Positions 29,331 to 32,000 of a stretch of DNA of 32,000 nt are shown in pieces; the stretch's first letter is position 1; the number at the start of each line of letters is the position of its first letter. This DNA comes from Aliivibrio fischeri ES114 (GTDB taxonomy: Bacteria; Pseudomonadota; Gammaproteobacteria; Enterobacterales; Vibrionaceae). Location of the stretch: the NCBI RefSeq assembly GCF_000011805.1, contig NC_006841.2. One strand, given 5' to 3'. Position numbers and translations under genes: made by a program. The notes under the pieces are model-generated. The model was not told the DNA's origin. It saw nothing but the letters and a program-made list of their open reading frames with translations, and made no database searches.

Positions 29331-29972
29331 ATGAATAGAACAAGACCCAAGGTTGAGTTGAAAGACGATAATGATTGGATGATGACATACAGTGATGCCA
29401 TCACATTATTATTGGCCTTTTTTGTTCTGATTGTTGCTGTTTCTCAAGTGAATGAAGGTAAGTTAGAAGAACTAAAAGATGGATGGGGAAAAGTGGTTGA
29501 TACTGCGGCTCACCTGCCTATGCAAGAGCTAACCGCCGATATTCAGGAGATAGTTGAGCAAAAGAATTTAGATTCTGTCGTGGTCACGGCTGTCACCGAT
29601 GGTATACGAATTGATCTTAATAGTGAAAATTTGTATGACTCAGGTTCAGCATCTTTAAAGCCTGAAGGTAAAGCTCTTATTTCTGAATTTGCAGAAGCGA
29701 TGAAAGAGGTCGATTTAAATGGTCGTTCTATTATCGTTGAAGGGCACAGTGATGATTTACCCATTCATACAAAGCAGTTTGATAGTAATTGGGAGCTTTC
29801 TGGAGCAAGAGCCATAGAAGTGACTAAGCAATTGATCAAATTTAATGTGGATAAATCACAATTAAGAGCGGTGGCGTATGCGGATGCACAACCTCGGGCG
29901 GATAAAGCATTACCGATAGAACAACAGCGTCAATTAAATCGACGTGTTGTGATTTATATTAAAAGAAATTAA
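29331..29972 (+). CDS. MotB/PomB-family stator protein with OmpA-like peptidoglycan-binding domain
   Basis: 'DWMMTYSDAITLLLAFFVLIVAVS' (TM with the conserved Asp) and 'IIVEGHSDDLPIHTKQFDSNWELSGARAIEVTKQLI...QLNRRVVIYI'. Confidence 0.93.
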   Translation: MNRTRPKVELKDDNDWMMTYSDAITLLLAFFVLIVAVSQVNEGKLEELKDGWGKVVDTAAHLPMQELTADIQEIVEQKNLDSVVVTAVTDGIRIDLNSENLYDSGSASLKPEGKALISEFAEAMKEVDLNGRSIIVEGHSDDLPIHTKQFDSNWELSGARAIEVTKQLIKFNVDKSQLRAVAYADAQPRADKALPIEQQRQLNRRVVIYIKRN

Positions 29973-30004
29973 AACAACAATAGCTGGCTAGCTGTAAATA
30001 AAGC

Positions 30005-30034
30005 AAAGCGCTCTAAATATAGAGCGCTTTTTTT
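30005..30034 (+). terminator. Rho-independent (probably bidirectional) terminator after the motB-like gene
   Basis: AAAGCGCTCTA-AATA-TAGAGCGCTTTTTTT. Confidence 0.9.
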
Positions 30035-30077
30035 ATAAGAAATGAATGCTTATCCCATTCTATGAATGATATTGGGA

Positions 30078-32000
30078 TTACCCATTCATTGGTGGGGTAA
30101 ACGCCGTTAATGTTGGTGCAACACCTGTGAATTTTTCAATTTTCACAACACCAGAATTACCACAGTTACCGTTACCTAGACGTGATGTTGGTATATCCAT
30201 AGTTAATACGTTTGGACCACCGTTTTTACACATACCTGTTTTAGGATCTAAGTCAGGCCATGCACCTTCATGGATACATACACTGCCTTTTTTGATGCCA
30301 TCAGAAACATGAGCACCAACCAAAACTTGCCCACGTTGGTTGTAAGCACGAACTAAGTCGCCATCTTTAATACCACGAGCTTTAGCATCTTCTGGGTGAA
30401 TCGTAATTGGTTCACGATCTTGGATTGCATACTCTTTACGAAGATCAGCATAGTTAAATTGGCTGTGTAAACGATGAGCAGAGTGCGACGTCATTAATTG
30501 AAGTTCGCCATCGGTGTAGTTGAACATCCATTCTGTTGGTTCCATCCATACAGGGTGTGGAGGACAATCATCTAACTTAAAGCCTTCGATGGTTTTTGAG
30601 AAGATCTCAATTTTACCACTTGGTGTACCTAGTGGATTCATGATTGGATCTTTACGGAAGTCACCAAAACGAACAAACTCGGCATTCTTTGCGTTCCATT
30701 TCATTTCGATAAGTTGGTTTGCTTCCCAGAACTTAGTGAAATTCATCATTGGAACACGTGCGTTTCGTCCACCTTTTTGAGCTGCTTTATAGAAATCACG
30801 AAGCCATTCCATCTCCGTTTTATTTTCCATATATACATTACGACCACCTGGTTTTAAATGTTCAGCCATATCTGCGAAAACATCTAAATCGTTACGTGCT
30901 TCATGTTGTGGCTCAACAACTTGTTTCATTGGAACTAGGTGTTGGTTAGAGTAGTCACCTGTCATCGTCATGTCATTACGCTCAAATGAGGTAGTGATTG
31001 GAAGAACGATATCCGCATGCTTTGCAGCAGCAGTCCAATATGGTTCTGAAATAACGATCAGTTCAGGTTTTTGCCACGCTTTAATCAAACGGTTGGTATC
31101 TTGGTGATGTGTAAAGTTTGCACCGCCTGCCCACCAAATCATTTTTAACTCAGGGAAAGTTAATGTATGGCCATTGTGTTGATATTGAGTTCCCGGTTTT
31201 TCTAAACATTCAACAATACGCGCAACAGGGAAAGCCGTTACTGAACCTTGAACTGCCCAATCGTTACCTGCTGATGAGCCACCGCCTAATGACGCTGACA
31301 TTGCTGGTAATACACCTGCATCACGTGTTGGGTTACCACCATTAGAGTAGTGGTATGAGTAACCAAAACCACCGCCCGGTAGTCCAACTTGACCAAGCAT
31401 AGAAGCAAGAACGGTTAGCATCCAGTGACGTTGTTCACCATGTTGTTGACGTTGCATACCCCAACCAGCCATAAGCATCGTGCGGTTTTCTTTGAAGATC
31501 TTAGCCAGCAATTCCATCTGTTTTGCTGGTACGCCACAAATCGCTTCTGCCCATTGTGGTGATTTCTCAATACCGTCTTCTTTACCCATTAAGTAAGTTT
31601 CAAATTGCTCGAAGCCCACAGTGTACTTAGAAAGGAATTCAGTATCGTGCTGCTGTGTTTTAACTAATTGATGAGCGATACCCATCATCATTGCCACATC
31701 TGATTGTGGGTTCGGTGCAATCCATTGTGCATTATCACCAAAGAATTCAGCAGTTTCTGAACGCATTGGGTCAATAATGATGATGGTTTTGCCTGATTTT
31801 TTCAGTTGATGGAAAAACTCAAGGCCTTGCCCGTCTGTTGAAGACCATGCAATTTTTAGTGTGTTTAATGGGTTTAGACCCCATAACACAACCACTTCAC
31901 TGTTTTCTAAAATAACAGGATAAGTAGTTTGTTGTTCATATACTTCGATAGAACCAACAACGTGTGGCATGATAACTTGAGCTGCACCTGTTGAGTAATC
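30078..32000 (-). CDS. torA: Periplasmic molybdopterin oxidoreductase, TMAO/biotin-sulfoxide reductase family (TorA-like), N-terminus beyond the window
   Basis: '[17 protein letters not shown]', '[17 protein letters not shown]', '[23 protein letters not shown]', '[16 protein letters not shown]' and '[17 protein letters not shown]'. The frame is open to the window end. Confidence 0.88.
   Translation of the reverse strand, partial: DYSTGAAQVIMPHVVGSIEVYEQQTTYPVILENSEVVVLWGLNPLNTLKIAWSSTDGQGLEFFHQLKKSGKTIIIIDPMRSETAEFFGDNAQWIAPNPQSDVAMMMGIAHQLVKTQQHDTEFLSKYTVGFEQFETYLMGKEDGIEKSPQWAEAICGVPAKQMELLAKIFKENRTMLMAGWGMQRQQHGEQRHWMLTVLASMLGQVGLPGGGFGYSYHYSNGGNPTRDAGVLPAMSASLGGGSSAGNDWAVQGSVTAFPVARIVECLEKPGTQYQHNGHTLTFPELKMIWWAGGANFTHHQDTNRLIKAWQKPELIVISEPYWTAAAKHADIVLPITTSFERNDMTMTGDYSNQHLVPMKQVVEPQHEARNDLDVFADMAEHLKPGGRNVYMENKTEMEWLRDFYKAAQKGGRNARVPMMNFTKFWEANQLIEMKWNAKNAEFVRFGDFRKDPIMNPLGTPSGKIEIFSKTIEGFKLDDCPPHPVWMEPTEWMFNYTDGELQLMTSHSAHRLHSQFNYADLRKEYAIQDREPITIHPEDAKARGIKDGDLVRAYNQRGQVLVGAHVSDGIKKGSVCIHEGAWPDLDPKTGMCKNGGPNVLTMDIPTSRLGNGNCGNSGVVKIEKFTGVAPTLTAFTPPMNG

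Noticed and set aside
25223-29972. Possibility that the cluster is a TonB/ExbBD or Tol-Pal-type system, or a Zorya-type defence system
   Set aside because: The stator proteins are clearly PomA/PomB-like with an OmpA-like domain. A FliG-like partner and an OM barrel are present, and I see no helicase, nuclease or TolA/TonB-like protein. A ZorAB-like relationship should still be checked formally.
30127-31345. Plus-strand ORFs opposite the TorA-like gene
   Set aside because: They are antisense shadow ORFs of a long, convincingly conserved reductase gene.
1-32000. CRISPR arrays, tRNA/rRNA genes, IS elements or prophage genes
   Set aside because: Looked for regularly spaced repeats, tRNA/rRNA-like stretches and transposase or integrase motifs; none were recognisable by eye.

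Overview
The window looks like Vibrionaceae sequence (Aliivibrio-like by gene content and composition; this is inference). From left to right it contains: the C-terminal end of a FecCD/FhuB-type siderophore permease; a Fur-boxed aerobactin biosynthesis and receptor cluster (iucABCD-iutA); a QmcA-like SPFH protein with an NfeD partner; three tandem related methyl-accepting chemotaxis proteins (MCPs), the first with a degenerate signalling tip and the second and third nearly identical over their C-terminal ~1 kb; a small membrane protein; a 3-hydroxyisobutyrate dehydrogenase-family oxidoreductase; a DUF3087-like protein; an ArsP-like permease divergent from an ArsR-family regulator, with a duplicated inverted repeat between them; an Ogt-type DNA methyltransferase; a CusRS-like two-component system; a small secreted protein; a CpxRA-like two-component system; a five-gene cluster (25223-29972); and the 3' part of a TorA-family molybdopterin reductase. 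The most interesting locus is the five-gene cluster. It encodes an outer-membrane barrel protein with a FlgO/CsgG/TolB-like N-terminus, a periplasmic TPR protein, a membrane-anchored protein that joins a FliF-like periplasmic/TM segment to FliG middle/C-terminal domains, and PomA/MotA- and PomB/MotB-like stator proteins. No other flagellar genes are visible. It reads as a candidate non-flagellar, ion-driven, envelope-spanning rotary machine. All family calls are by eye from the translations; no database search was run.
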